Positions 29,126 through 39,420 are shown, counted from the first letter of the stretch. The stretch: 64,000 bases of DNA from Paracoccaceae bacterium (GCA_019429405.1 JAHYIZ010000001.1:44035-108034); one strand, 5' to 3'. A program made the numbers and translations. Notes: generated by a model not told the origin, from the letters alone.

Positions 29126-29575
29126 ATGAGTCTACTCGATAAATTCAAAAACTGGGCCGATCTTCGTTTGCGCAAGTCGCAAATCAAAATACTTTATCAA
29201 AATCAATGTGCTGTTGAATTCTTAATGGGAGTTCACCAGACATTTCTGGAAGCAAAAATGACAAATGATGCAACCGCGCTCTCCGAGCTTGTTGCGTTAA
29301 AGGGGTTCGTAAACGACGCAATTATCTCACTTACCTACAAGACTTGCTTGGAAGACCCGGCTTCCGCTCAACTATTACAAATCAACAATATTTTGAAATT
29401 AAACTACGCTGCCATCAATGAAGGACAGAGATTATCCCGCGCTCAATTTGGTATGCCAAGCGGCGACCTTGTCGATTTTGCCAAGCGATTTGCACCCGCC
29501 GCCGGATGGGAGCTTCTCTCTGACAATGAGTGGGATGGAATGGTCCATCGTGCTTTGGAAAGCCTTAAAACATGA
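29126..29575 (+). CDS. AT-rich orphan gene inserted between pheS and pheT (unknown function)
   Basis: 149 aa and the only long ORF here. It starts 1 nt after the pheS stop, and its stop overlaps the pheT ATG (ATGA). I counted 33% and 43% GC in the two interior lines, against 63% in the flank. Confidence 0.6.
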   Translation: MSLLDKFKNWADLRLRKSQIKILYQNQCAVEFLMGVHQTFLEAKMTNDATALSELVALKGFVNDAIISLTYKTCLEDPASAQLLQINNILKLNYAAINEGQRLSRAQFGMPSGDLVDFAKRFAPAAGWELLSDNEWDGMVHRALESLKT

Positions 29576-31980
29576 AACTCACCCTCTCCTGGCTGCGCGA
29601 CCATCTGGAAACCTCGGCCAGCGTCACCGAAATCGCCGACGCCCTCACCGACCTCGGGCTTGAGGTCGAGGAGATCACCAACCCCGCCGCCCGACTTGCC
29701 CCTTTCACGCTGGCCCGCGTGCAATCGGCCGCCCAGCACCCCGACGCCGACAAGCTGCGGGTGTGCATGGTGGAAACCGACGAGGGGGTAAAGCAGATCG
29801 TCTGCGGCGCGCCCAATGCGCGGGCGGGCATTACCGTGGTGCTGTGCAAGCCCGGCGACTATGTGCCGGGCATTGATGTGACCCTTGGCATCGGCAAGAT
29901 CAGGGGCGTCGAAAGCCACGGCATGATGGCCTCGGAACGCGAGCTTGAGCTTTCGGATGAACACAACGGCATCATCGAGCTGCCCTCGGGCGAGGTCGGG
30001 CAGAAGTTCACCGACTGGCTGGCCGAAAACCGCCCCGAAACCATCGACCCTGTGATCGAGATCAAGATCACCCCCAACCGCCCCGATGCGCTTGGCATTC
30101 GCGGCGTCGCGCGTGACCTTGCGGCACGCGGGCTTGGCCGCCTGAAGCCGCTTGAAATTGAGCCGGTGCCGGGTGGCTTCGCCAGCCCGATCAGCGTCAC
30201 CATCGACCCTGCGCTAAAGGGCAAGGGCTGCCCGCTGTTTGCGGGTCGCCTGATCCGGGGCGTCACCAACGGCCCCAGCCCGGCCTGGCTGCAACAGCGG
30301 CTTCTGGCGATCGGCCTGCGGCCCATCTCGGCGCTGGTCGATATCACCAACTTCTTCACCTATGACCTGAACCGCCCCTTGCACGTCTTCGACGCCGCCA
30401 AGGTCAAAGGCGGGTTGCGCATTCACCCGGCCAAAGGCGGAGAAGAATTGCTGGCGCTTGATGGCAAGGCCTACACGCTGCGCCCCGGCATGATGCTGAT
30501 ATCCGACGAGGAAGGCCCCGAGAGCCTTGCCGGCATCATGGGCGGCGAGCATTCGGGCTGCACCGAAGCCACAACGGATGTGTTCCTTGAAAGCGCCTAT
30601 TGGGACCCGATCACCATCGCCGCAACTGGCCGCGCCCTGAAGATCAGCTCGGATGCGCGCTACCGGTTTGAACGCGGCGTAGACCCCGCATTCACCCTGC
30701 CGGGGCTGGAACTCGCCACCGCGATGGTGCTGGAACTTTGCGGCGGCGAGGCGAGCGACGTGGTGCTCGATGGCGCCGTGCCCGATACCGCCCGCGCCTA
30801 CAAGCTTGACCCCGCGCGGGTGCAAAGCCTCGTGGGGATGGAAATTCCCGAGGCCACGCAACGCGCCACGCTTGAGGCGCTGGGGTTCACCATCAGCGGC
30901 GACATGGTTACGCCGCCGACATGGCGCCCCGATGTGCTGGGTGAGGCCGATCTTGTTGAAGAGGTGGCGCGAATCGCCTCGCTCACCAAGCTGCAGGGCC
31001 GCCCGTTGGCACGTGAGACCACCGGCGTGCCAAAACCGATCCTGACGCCGATGCAGATGCGCGAAAAGGCGGCGCGGCGGATGCTGGCGGCTTTGGGCTA
31101 CAACGAATGCGTCAGCTACAGCTTTATCGATGCCGCCTCGGCCACCCTGTTTGGTGGTGGGCAAGATGCCACGCGCATTGAAAACCCGATCAGCAGCGAA
31201 ATGTCCCATCTGCGCCCAGACCTGCTGCCGGGCCTGTTGCAGGCGGCCGCGCGCAATCAGGCGCGGGGCTACGCCGACCTCGCGCTGTTTGAGGTCGGCC
31301 CCGCTTTTACCGGCGGCGAACCGGGTGAACAGGTCTTGCAGGCCACCGGCCTGTTGGTGGGCGCCACGGCGCCGCGCGATGCCTTCGGTTCGCGCCGGAG
31401 CCCTGATCTTTACGATGCCAAGGCTGATGCCGAGGCGACTTTAGCCGCAATAGGCGCCCCAGCCAAGGTGCAGATCACCCGCAAAGTGCCGGGCTGGTGG
31501 CACCCTGGCCGGTCGGGGGCAATGGCGCTGGGGCCGAATGTGATGTGCACCTTTGGCGAAGTGCACCCGCGCGTGCTGCGCGATATGGGGGTCAAGGGGC
31601 CCGCAGTTGCCTTTACGCTGCACCTCGATGCAGTGCCGTTCCCGAAACTGAAATCACGCACCCGCCCGGCACTGATGCTTTCTGACCTTCAGGCGGTCGA
31701 ACGCGACTTTGCCTTTGTGGTCGATGCGCGCGTTGAGGCGCTGACGCTGGTCAACGCCGCTGCCGGGGTCGACAAGGCCTTGATCGAATCGGTGCGGGTG
31801 TTTGACCAGTTTATCGGCGAAAAGGCCGAGGCGCAGATGGGCGCGGGCAAAAAATCAATCGCGCTCTCGGTGCGGTTGCAGCCCAAAGACAAGACGCTGA
31901 CCGAAGCCGAGATTGAGTCGGTCTCGTCGAAGATCGTCGAAAAGGTCACAAAAGCCACAGGTGGCGTGCTGCGCAGCTAG
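29572..31980 (+). CDS. pheT: phenylalanine--tRNA ligase beta subunit
   Basis: 802 aa. MKLTLSWLRDHL N-terminus, with tRNA-binding, B3/4, B5 and FDX-ACB-like regions. Confidence 0.95.
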   Translation: MKLTLSWLRDHLETSASVTEIADALTDLGLEVEEITNPAARLAPFTLARVQSAAQHPDADKLRVCMVETDEGVKQIVCGAPNARAGITVVLCKPGDYVPGIDVTLGIGKIRGVESHGMMASERELELSDEHNGIIELPSGEVGQKFTDWLAENRPETIDPVIEIKITPNRPDALGIRGVARDLAARGLGRLKPLEIEPVPGGFASPISVTIDPALKGKGCPLFAGRLIRGVTNGPSPAWLQQRLLAIGLRPISALVDITNFFTYDLNRPLHVFDAAKVKGGLRIHPAKGGEELLALDGKAYTLRPGMMLISDEEGPESLAGIMGGEHSGCTEATTDVFLESAYWDPITIAATGRALKISSDARYRFERGVDPAFTLPGLELATAMVLELCGGEASDVVLDGAVPDTARAYKLDPARVQSLVGMEIPEATQRATLEALGFTISGDMVTPPTWRPDVLGEADLVEEVARIASLTKLQGRPLARETTGVPKPILTPMQMREKAARRMLAALGYNECVSYSFIDAASATLFGGGQDATRIENPISSEMSHLRPDLLPGLLQAAARNQARGYADLALFEVGPAFTGGEPGEQVLQATGLLVGATAPRDAFGSRRSPDLYDAKADAEATLAAIGAPAKVQITRKVPGWWHPGRSGAMALGPNVMCTFGEVHPRVLRDMGVKGPAVAFTLHLDAVPFPKLKSRTRPALMLSDLQAVERDFAFVVDARVEALTLVNAAAGVDKALIESVRVFDQFIGEKAEAQMGAGKKSIALSVRLQPKDKTLTEAEIESVSSKIVEKVTKATGGVLRS

Positions 31981-32048
31981 TCTGGTGCGCTGCCGCTTGC
32001 CTTGAAGCGATGAAAGCGTGACGCTCCGCCCATCCTGGGAGGGGTTTC

Positions 32049-33659
32049 TTGGTTTACGATTACGTCATCGTTGGCGGTGGTTCGGCGGGCTCGGTGCTGG
32101 CCGCCCGGCTCACGCAAGACCCGGCAGTTTCGGTCTGCCTGATCGAGGCGGGCGCGAGCGGGCGCGATATCTTTGTGCGTGCCCCGGCACTGGTTGCGGC
32201 GATGGTTGCGGGGCGGCCCGCGATTCACAACTGGGCCTTTCACACCACCCGGCAGGCCGGGCTGAACGAGCGGCGCGGGTTTCAGCCGCGCGGCAAGGCA
32301 CTGGGCGGCTCCTCCGCGATCAACGCCATGCTCTATACGCGCGGCCACCCGGCAGATTATGACGAATGGGCCGAACTGGGTGCCGAGGGGTGGGATTGGG
32401 CGTCATGCCTGCCCTATTTCCGCCGCGCTGAGGGCAACGCATGGGGTGCCGACGCGCTGCACAGTTGCGATGGGCCGCTGCAAGTGGCCGACCAGAGCGC
32501 CCCGCGCCGCATTTCGCGCGCCTTTGTCGATGCCTGTGAGGCCTCGCACATTCCGCGCAACGAAGACTTCAACGGCGCGCGGCAGGAAGGTGCCGGGCTT
32601 TATCAGGTGACGCAGTTTCACCATGGACAGCGCAAGGGTGAACGGTGCTCGGCGGCCGCCGCCTATTTGCACCCGGCGATGGCGCGTCCGAACCTGACCG
32701 TGCTGACCCATGCGCTGGTTGAGCGGGTGCTGCTGGAAGATGGTCGCGCGACCGGGGTGCAGCTGCGCCGCAGGATGCGGCGACAGCACATCACCGCGCG
32801 ATGCGAGGTAATTCTGGCGGCAGGCGCCTTTGGCTCGCCGCAGCTATTGCTGCTATCCGGCATCGGCCCCGAGGATGAATTGCGCGCGCATCAGCTGCCC
32901 GTGGCGCACGCGCTGCCCGGCGTCGGCGCCAACCTGCAGGACCATCTTGATTACACGATCTCGCACCGCTCGCTGCGCCCCGATGTTGTGGGGCTGAACC
33001 CCGCTGGGCTTGCGCGGCTGGCAAAAGCCGCCTGGAAATGGCGTGGGTCGGGCAGCGGACTCTTTGCCTCGCCAATGGCCGAAGGTGGGGCGTTTCTGTG
33101 CTCCGAGCCGGGCCTCGCGCGGCCCGATCTGCAAATTCACTTCGTCATCGGCATTGTTGACCAGCACATGCGCCGCCTGCATCTGGCCGATGGCTATTCA
33201 GCGCACATTTGCGCCCTGCGCCCGCACAGCCGTGGCACGGTCGGGCTAATGTCGGCCAACCCAGCACGCGCGCCCCGCATCGACCCCGGCTATCTCAGCG
33301 ACCCGCGCGACATGGCGCTGATGCTGCGTGCCGCGCGCAAGCTGGAGCAAATTCTCGAAGCCTCGCCGCTGGCGCCGTGGCGCGGGCCCAGGCTTTATCC
33401 GCATGACGGCAGCGACGCCGCACTTGAGGCCGATATTCGCGCACGTTCAGATACCATCTACCACCCCGTCGGCACCTGCCGCATGGGCAACGACGAGATG
33501 GCGGTGGTAGACCCCGCACTGCGGGTGCGCGGCGTGGCGGGTTTGCGTGTGATCGACGCATCGGTGATGCCACGGGTTCCAGGTGGCAACACCAACGCGC
33601 CGACCATCATGATCGCAGAAAAAGCGGCAGAAATGCTGCGCAGCGAAGCGCGGCATTAA
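32049..33659 (+). CDS. GMC-family FAD oxidoreductase (choline/alcohol dehydrogenase-like)
   Basis: TTG start. [16 protein letters not shown] Rossmann motif and the C-terminal GMC signature HPVGTCRMG. Confidence 0.85.
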   Translation: MVYDYVIVGGGSAGSVLAARLTQDPAVSVCLIEAGASGRDIFVRAPALVAAMVAGRPAIHNWAFHTTRQAGLNERRGFQPRGKALGGSSAINAMLYTRGHPADYDEWAELGAEGWDWASCLPYFRRAEGNAWGADALHSCDGPLQVADQSAPRRISRAFVDACEASHIPRNEDFNGARQEGAGLYQVTQFHHGQRKGERCSAAAAYLHPAMARPNLTVLTHALVERVLLEDGRATGVQLRRRMRRQHITARCEVILAAGAFGSPQLLLLSGIGPEDELRAHQLPVAHALPGVGANLQDHLDYTISHRSLRPDVVGLNPAGLARLAKAAWKWRGSGSGLFASPMAEGGAFLCSEPGLARPDLQIHFVIGIVDQHMRRLHLADGYSAHICALRPHSRGTVGLMSANPARAPRIDPGYLSDPRDMALMLRAARKLEQILEASPLAPWRGPRLYPHDGSDAALEADIRARSDTIYHPVGTCRMGNDEMAVVDPALRVRGVAGLRVIDASVMPRVPGGNTNAPTIMIAEKAAEMLRSEARH

Positions 33660-33679
33660 CGCAGCATTAGCGCTGCATT

Positions 33680-34375
33680 TCATGGCCGCGGTGGCTGCGC
33701 CAACCCGCGTTGCACCGCAGGGCGGGCCAGAAAGCGATCAAGATAGGCGGGCACGTTCTTCAGGTTCTCCCAGCCGACAATTTCGTTTGCCTTGTAAACC
33801 TCGCGCAGCGCACGCAGCCACGGCGCAATGGCGATATCGGCAATCGAATACTCGCCCGCAATCCACTCACGCCCCGCAAGCGCGGCATCGAGCACCTTCA
33901 ACAGCCGCTCAGCCTCGGCGCGGTACCGCTCTTTCGGGCGCGGGTCTTCAATTTCCTTGCCGGCGAAGTGGTGGAAATACCCCAGTTGCCCGAACATCGG
34001 CCCGATGCCGCCCATCTGGAACATCAGCCATTGCAGCACCTCGTAGCGCCGCGCCGCGGGCAGAAGCTGGCCGGATTTCTCCGCCAGATAGATCAGAATC
34101 GCGCCGCTTTCAAACAGCGGCAGCGGCTGGCCACCCGGCCCCTCGGGGTCAATGATTGCCGGGATCTTGTTGTTGGGGTTCAGCGATAGGAACTCGGGGC
34201 TCATCTGATCGTTGGTGGCAAAATTGACCAGATGCGCATCGTAGGGCAGGCCCATTTCCTCAAGCGCGATCGAAACCTTGACCCCGTTCGGGGTCGGCAG
34301 CGAATAAAGCTGGATGGCACCGGGGGTGCGCGGCGGCCAGCGTTTGGTGATGGGAAATACAGAAAGGTCGGTCAT
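33680..34375 (-). CDS. Nu-class glutathione S-transferase (YfcG/YghU-like)
   Basis: Trimmed to MTDLSVF. Contains LYSLPTPNGVKVSIALEE...NPNNKIPAIID...LFESGAILIYLAEK. Confidence 0.8.
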   Translation of the reverse strand: MTDLSVFPITKRWPPRTPGAIQLYSLPTPNGVKVSIALEEMGLPYDAHLVNFATNDQMSPEFLSLNPNNKIPAIIDPEGPGGQPLPLFESGAILIYLAEKSGQLLPAARRYEVLQWLMFQMGGIGPMFGQLGYFHHFAGKEIEDPRPKERYRAEAERLLKVLDAALAGREWIAGEYSIADIAIAPWLRALREVYKANEIVGWENLKNVPAYLDRFLARPAVQRGLAQPPRP

Positions 34376-34509
34376 GGTGTGCTCCTCTTGGCTCAGGGGG
34401 CAAGGTAGGCACGAATTCCCCGTTTCGAAAGGCTGGAAATCGCACATGGCTGTGGTAGCGTTAGCACAGCGCGCCTGCGTGGCGCGTGCAACTTTTGCGG
34501 GGGCAGAAA

Positions 34510-34932
34510 ATGATTAAAGAGTTCAGAGACTTCATCGCCAAGGGCAATGTCATGGACATGGCCGTGGGCATCATCATCGGTGCGGCGTTCACGGCAATCG
34601 TCAGCTCGCTCGTGGCCGATCTCATCAACCCGATGATCGGGTTGGTAACCGGCGGCATGGATTTTTCCAACCTGTTCGTGAACCTTGGCGATGGCACGTT
34701 TGCAAGCCTCGCCGCCGCACGCGAAGCGGGCGCCCCGGTCTTTGCCTATGGCGCCTTCATCACCGCAGTGATCAACTTTCTGATCATCGCCTTCGTGGTG
34801 TTCCTGCTGGTGAAAATGGTCAACCGGGTAAAAGATGCGGCGGTCAAGAAAGAGGCCGCGGCCGCAGCCGCGCCAAGCGGACCGAGCGAACTGGACGTGC
34901 TAATGGAGATCCGCGACGCGCTGAAGAAGTGA
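34510..34932 (+). CDS. mscL: large-conductance mechanosensitive channel
   Basis: [27 protein letters not shown]..., 140 aa. Confidence 0.93.
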   Translation: MIKEFRDFIAKGNVMDMAVGIIIGAAFTAIVSSLVADLINPMIGLVTGGMDFSNLFVNLGDGTFASLAAAREAGAPVFAYGAFITAVINFLIIAFVVFLLVKMVNRVKDAAVKKEAAAAAAPSGPSELDVLMEIRDALKK

Positions 34933-34952
34933 TCCGACAGACGGAAATGAAA

Positions 34953-34977
34953 AGGCCCGGTCCTTGCGACCGGGCCT
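34953..34977. terminator. bidirectional hairpin between mscL and ald
   Basis: AGGCCCGGTC / GACCGGGCCT form a 10-bp stem with a 5-nt loop, between convergent genes. Confidence 0.6.
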
Positions 34978-34983
34978 GTGGCC

Positions 34984-36102
34984 TTACATCGCCAACGCGG
35001 CCTGCGGCGTGATGCTGGGCAGCCCCAAAGCCTCGCCCACCGCAGCATAGGTCAGCTGCCCCGCGTGCACGTTCAGCCCCGCAAGCAGATGCGCATCATC
35101 GGCGCAGGCCTGCTTCCAGCCCTTGTCGGCAAGCGCCAGCATGAAGGGCAGCGTCGCGTTGCCAAGCGCCAGCGTCGAGGTGCGCGCCACCGCGCCCGGC
35201 ATATTGGCCACGCAATAATGGAGCACGCCGTCAACCTCATAGATCGGGTCCTGGTGGGTGGTGGCATGACTGGTCTCGAAACAGCCGCCCTGGTCGATTG
35301 CCACATCCACCAATGCCGCCCCCGGTTTCATGGTCTTCAGCTGCGCGCGGCTGATCAGTTTGGGCGCAGCCGCCCCCGGCACCAACACCGCGCCAATCAC
35401 CAAGTCGGCCTCGGTGATCAGTTCGGCGATGTTGCCGGCACTCGCATAGGCGGTCTTGAAATCGCGCCCGAACACATCATCGAGATAGCGCAGTCGCGGC
35501 AGCGAACGGTCGAGCACGGTCACATCCGCACCCATGCCTGCCGCAACCCGCGCCGCATGCGTGCCCACCACACCACCGCCAATGACCAGAACCCTCGCGG
35601 GCGCAACGCCCGGCACTCCACCCAGCAACACGCCGCGCCCGCCATTGGCCTTTTGCAGCGTCCACGCACCCACTTGCGGCGCCAATCGCCCCGCCACTTC
35701 GGACATCGGCGCCAGCAAGGGCAAGCCGCCGCTGCGGTCGGTCACGGTTTCATAGGCGATGCAGGTGGCGCCCGATTTCAAAAGGTCGGCGGTCTGTTCC
35801 GGGTCTGGTGCAAGGTGCAGATAGGTGAACAACACCTGCCCCTTGCGCAACCGCGCGCGTTCTACCGGCTGCGGCTCCTTGACCTTCACAATCATCTCTG
35901 CGGCGGCAAATACGCTTTCGGCGTCAGGCAGTATCACCGCCCCGGCGGCGACATAATCGGCATCAGCAAAGCCCGACCCCAGACCGGCGCCGGTCTCGAT
36001 CAACACCTCGTGGCCATGCAGCACCGCTTCGCGCGCAGCGTTCGGTGTGATGCCGACGCGAAACTCCTGCGGCTTGATTTCTTTTGGGCAGCCGATCTTC
36101 AT
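34984..36102 (-). CDS. ald: alanine dehydrogenase
   Basis: Trimmed to MKIGCPKEIKPQEFRVGITP; 372 aa with the NAD motif VIGGGVVG. Confidence 0.92.
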   Translation of the reverse strand: MKIGCPKEIKPQEFRVGITPNAAREAVLHGHEVLIETGAGLGSGFADADYVAAGAVILPDAESVFAAAEMIVKVKEPQPVERARLRKGQVLFTYLHLAPDPEQTADLLKSGATCIAYETVTDRSGGLPLLAPMSEVAGRLAPQVGAWTLQKANGGRGVLLGGVPGVAPARVLVIGGGVVGTHAARVAAGMGADVTVLDRSLPRLRYLDDVFGRDFKTAYASAGNIAELITEADLVIGAVLVPGAAAPKLISRAQLKTMKPGAALVDVAIDQGGCFETSHATTHQDPIYEVDGVLHYCVANMPGAVARTSTLALGNATLPFMLALADKGWKQACADDAHLLAGLNVHAGQLTYAAVGEALGLPSITPQAALAM

Positions 36103-36241
36103 CTGGGAATCCTCATGTGACCTGACGAATAGTGTGGCGCAGCATCGGCGCAATTGCTTTGCAAAGATCGGTGGTGCAAGCGCAGCAATTGAATGATATC
36201 TTCTGTTGATAGCCCACAAACTCGCAGAAACGTGCAAGCAA

Positions 36242-36700
36242 ATGGCAATTGACGCAACAGACCGCCGAATCCTTGCTGCCCTGCAAAAGCAAGGTCGGAT
36301 GACCAATGCCGAGCTGTCAGAGCAGGTGAACCTTTCGGCCTCCGCATGCTACCGCCGTGTGCAGCGATTGGAAACTGACGGCTATATCCGCGACTATGTC
36401 GCGCTCTTGGATGCGCGCCGCCTTGGCCGCCCAACCACAGTTTTTGTGGAGATCACGCTTTCGGGGCAGGCCGACGAAGTGCTGGATGCGTTCGAGCGCG
36501 AAGTGCGCAAAATTCCTGATGTGCTCGAGTGTCACCTGATGGCGGGCAGCGCCGACTATCTGCTGAAGGTGGTGGCCGAGGATACCGAAGATTTCGCGCG
36601 AATCCATCGCGCCTATCTTGCGCGGCTTCCGGGCGTCGCGCAGATGCAAAGCTCGTTCGCGCTGCGCACGGTGTTCAAGACCACCGCCCTGCCGATCTGA
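36242..36700 (+). CDS. Lrp/AsnC-family transcriptional regulator
   Basis: 152 aa, DRRILAALQKQGRMTNAELSEQVNLSASACYRRV. Divergent from ald, the usual regulator arrangement. Confidence 0.88.
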   Translation: MAIDATDRRILAALQKQGRMTNAELSEQVNLSASACYRRVQRLETDGYIRDYVALLDARRLGRPTTVFVEITLSGQADEVLDAFEREVRKIPDVLECHLMAGSADYLLKVVAEDTEDFARIHRAYLARLPGVAQMQSSFALRTVFKTTALPI

Positions 36701-36714
36701 AGCTGGCCTCCGGC

Positions 36715-36763
36715 GGGGATATTTCCACCAAGGCAATTGGCTTGCCTTGGTGGAAATATCCCC
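36715..36763. repeat. perfect 22-bp-stem palindrome (inverted pair of the dispersed repeat tail)
   Basis: GGGGATATTTCCACCAAGGCAA-TTGGC-TTGCCTTGGTGGAAATATCCCC. It lies 15 nt after the lrp stop, between the convergent lrp and rpsU genes. Confidence 0.85.
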
Positions 36764-36853
36764 CGCGGAGCGTCTTTGCGGCGCATGAAAAACCCCCGGC
36801 CTTGCGGACGGGGGCTGATCGACGCGGGTTGCCCCGCCAGCTATTCCAGGCGC

Positions 36854-37060
36854 TTAGAGACCGCCTTCACGCTGGGCCTTTTTACGCGCCAGTTTGCGCG
36901 CACGCCGAATCGCTTCGGCTTGCTCGCGGGCACGCTTGACCGAGGGTTTCTCGAAATGCTGCTTGAGCTTCATTTCACGAAAGACCCCCTCGCGCTGAAG
37001 TTTCTTCTTCAGAGCACGAAGCGCCTGTTCGACGTTGTTGTCGCGAACGCTGACCTGCAT
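36854..37060 (-). CDS. rpsU: 30S ribosomal protein S21
   Basis: [31 protein letters not shown]..., 68 aa. Confidence 0.95.
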   Translation of the reverse strand: MQVSVRDNNVEQALRALKKKLQREGVFREMKLKQHFEKPSVKRAREQAEAIRRARKLARKKAQREGGL

Positions 37061-37166
37061 GTGGTTGTCACCACCTTCCTAGGTTTGAGTTGCATGCATT
37101 TGCAGGAAGCGGCCATATAGCAGTGGGCGGGCGGCTTGTCTACCGCCGGACGCGCGGGGGAATGGC

Positions 37167-37814
37167 ATGAAGAACTCTGGCCTCGATGTGGCTGCGACAA
37201 AAGCCGAGCTGCTGGCTGCCATCATCCCGCAGGTGCCGTTCGATGGCTGGTCGCATGTCGCGTTCAATGCAGCGGTGGCCGAGGTTGGGCTTGACCCCGC
37301 TCTGGCACGGGTCATCTGCCCTCGCGGTGCTGTTGACCTTGCCGTCGCTTATCACCGCGCGGGCGATGCCGCGATGCTGGCGCGGCTGGCCGAGGCTGAT
37401 CTTGCCGCCCTGCGCTACCGTGACCGGGTTGCGCTGGCGTTGCGGTTGCGGCTGGAGGTGGCCGACCCCGAGTTGGTGCGGCGCGGCGCTGCGGTCTTTG
37501 CCTTGCCGCAAAATACCGCAACGGGAGCCGCGCTGATCTGGAGCACGACCGATGCCATCTGGCGGGCGCTCGGCGATACCAGCGATGATTTCAACTGGTA
37601 TTCCAAGCGTATAACGCTTTCTGCCGTGTATTCCGCTTGTGTGCTTTTCTGGATGGGTGACACCTCGGAGGGCCAGCGCGAGACCGCCGCGTTTATTGAC
37701 CGCCGGATCGAAGGCATTTTGCAATTCGAGAAGGTCAAGGGCCGCGTTTTGGGTGTGCCGGGGCTGAAAGACTTGCTAGCCGGCATCCACGCGCCGGGTG
37801 GCATGCGGCCATGA
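37167..37814 (+). CDS. COQ9-family protein (rpsU-divergently transcribed protein)
   Basis: 215 aa, divergent from rpsU as in the TIGR02396 family. The family call rests mainly on this arrangement. Confidence 0.7.
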   Translation: MKNSGLDVAATKAELLAAIIPQVPFDGWSHVAFNAAVAEVGLDPALARVICPRGAVDLAVAYHRAGDAAMLARLAEADLAALRYRDRVALALRLRLEVADPELVRRGAAVFALPQNTATGAALIWSTTDAIWRALGDTSDDFNWYSKRITLSAVYSACVLFWMGDTSEGQRETAAFIDRRIEGILQFEKVKGRVLGVPGLKDLLAGIHAPGGMRP

Positions 37815-38782
37815 TGCGCGCGGTCGAAATTACCAGCCCCGGCGGGCCCGAGGTGCTGCGGCTTTGCCAACGCCCCGTACCGGTGCCGGGTTACGGCGAG
37901 ATTGTGATTAAACTTGCATTCGCGGGGGTCAATCGCCCCGACGCCCTGCAACGCGCCGGGGCCTATGCACCGCCACCGGGCGCGTCACCGCTACCGGGGT
38001 TGGAAGGCGCAGGGCATGCGGCCGAGGTGGGGCCGGGTGTTGCCGACTGGGCTGCGGGCGATGCTGTCTGCGCGCTGCTGCCGGGCGGCGGCTATGCCGA
38101 ATACGCCGTGTGCCCTGCGGCGCATGTGCTGCCGGTTCCCGCAGGCATGTCGCTGCGCGATGCCGCCTGCCTTCCCGAAACCGCCTTTACTGTCTGGTCA
38201 AACGTGGTGATGCGTGGCGGCTTGCGCGCGGGCGAGCGGTTCCTCGTGCATGGTGGCACCTCGGGCATTGGCACCATGGCCATCCAGATTACGCGTGCGC
38301 TTGGGGCGCGGGTATTCGCCACTGCCGGGTCGGCAGAAAAATGCGCGGTTTGCGTGGGCTTGGGCGCCACCGCAATCAACCACCGCGAAGCCGATTTCGT
38401 GGCGGTGCTGCGCGGCGAAGGTGGTGCCGACCTCATTCTCGACATGGTCGGAGGCAGCTACATTGACCGCAACATCAAGGCTTTGGCTGACGACGGGCGG
38501 CTGCTGAGCATCGCCTTTCTGCAAGGCCCGAAAGCCGAGATCAATTTTGCGCATATGATGACGCGGCGCCTGACGCTGACCGGGTCGACCCTGCGCCCGC
38601 AAAGCGACTCTGCCAAAGCCGAGATCGCCCGCGCGCTGCGCACCCATCTATGGCCGCTGATCGAGGCGGGAGCGGTGGCGGTGGTGCACGATTCGGAGTT
38701 TGCTCTGGCCGATGCCGCGCTTGCGCACGCCCGCATGGAAAGCGGCGCGCATATCGGCAAGATCGTGCTCAAGGTCGCCTGA
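37811..38782 (+). CDS. NAD(P)H:quinone oxidoreductase (MDR superfamily, PIG3-type)
   Basis: ATGA overlap with the COQ9 gene. Contains GVNRPD, VHGGTSGIGT and the C-terminal HIGKIVL. Confidence 0.85.
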   Translation: MMRAVEITSPGGPEVLRLCQRPVPVPGYGEIVIKLAFAGVNRPDALQRAGAYAPPPGASPLPGLEGAGHAAEVGPGVADWAAGDAVCALLPGGGYAEYAVCPAAHVLPVPAGMSLRDAACLPETAFTVWSNVVMRGGLRAGERFLVHGGTSGIGTMAIQITRALGARVFATAGSAEKCAVCVGLGATAINHREADFVAVLRGEGGADLILDMVGGSYIDRNIKALADDGRLLSIAFLQGPKAEINFAHMMTRRLTLTGSTLRPQSDSAKAEIARALRTHLWPLIEAGAVAVVHDSEFALADAALAHARMESGAHIGKIVLKVA

Positions 38783-38784
38783 GC

Positions 38785-39420
38785 CTACCTGATCGCCCCC
38801 ATCAGCGCGTTCGGCATCCGGCAATCTCGCTGGGTATCGGCGCCACAAGGGCGCGGCGCCAGACCCTTTGTCAGGCATATCCGAGCCTCCTGAATCATGC
38901 CGCGGTCACAGGTGATGGTGATCATGTTGCGCTGCAGCCCCGGATTGGCCTCCAAAAAGGCATCCTCGACCACCGATGCCGGCAGCCGCACATCGCGGTT
39001 CAGATTGCGGAAAACTTCGGGTATGGAAATGCTTTCATAAGCTTGCCGCGACGCCGCATAAAATTGCTGCGCAGAAAGTCCGGTGCAGCGCCCGTGCTTT
39101 TGCCACTGATACCACGCCAGCCCCGCGCCCCCCATGATGTCGGCCATCGCTGCGGTTTCGCTGCGTGTCGGGTCGCGCGCAATAGTTCGGCACCAGCTTG
39201 GCCAGCCGCTTTCATACTGCGGCCAGAGCCCGTGCAAGGTGAAGCTGAAGTCGTGCCGCGCGTCGCATTGATCATCGCGTTGCGCATCGCCGGTAAGCGC
39301 GCACCAGTTTGGCGACCATGAAAGCGACATCACAAAATAGTCGAAGTCCCCTGCCTTTTCGCCTTCAGCGAAGGCAGGCGGGGCGGCCAACGCGGCCAGC
39401 AGGGCAATCACAACACGCAT
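38785..39420 (-). CDS. secreted ribonuclease T2-family protein
   Basis: Trimmed to MRVVIALLAALAAPPAFA (signal peptide). CAS I motif FTLHGLWPQ and CAS II motif WQKHGRC. Confidence 0.85.
   Translation of the reverse strand: MRVVIALLAALAAPPAFAEGEKAGDFDYFVMSLSWSPNWCALTGDAQRDDQCDARHDFSFTLHGLWPQYESGWPSWCRTIARDPTRSETAAMADIMGGAGLAWYQWQKHGRCTGLSAQQFYAASRQAYESISIPEVFRNLNRDVRLPASVVEDAFLEANPGLQRNMITITCDRGMIQEARICLTKGLAPRPCGADTQRDCRMPNALMGAIR

Noticed and set aside
29126-29575. Possibility that the AT-rich pheS-pheT insert is an IS element or MITE
   Set aside because: I found no transposase and no terminal inverted repeats. The only shared junction sequence is the 4-nt ATGA, which is also explained by start/stop overlap. 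I keep it as an orphan-gene insertion of unknown mechanism.
34978-36120. 380-aa plus-strand ORF opposite ald
   Set aside because: It is Arg/His/Gly-rich nonsense. The minus-strand frame is an unmistakable alanine dehydrogenase.
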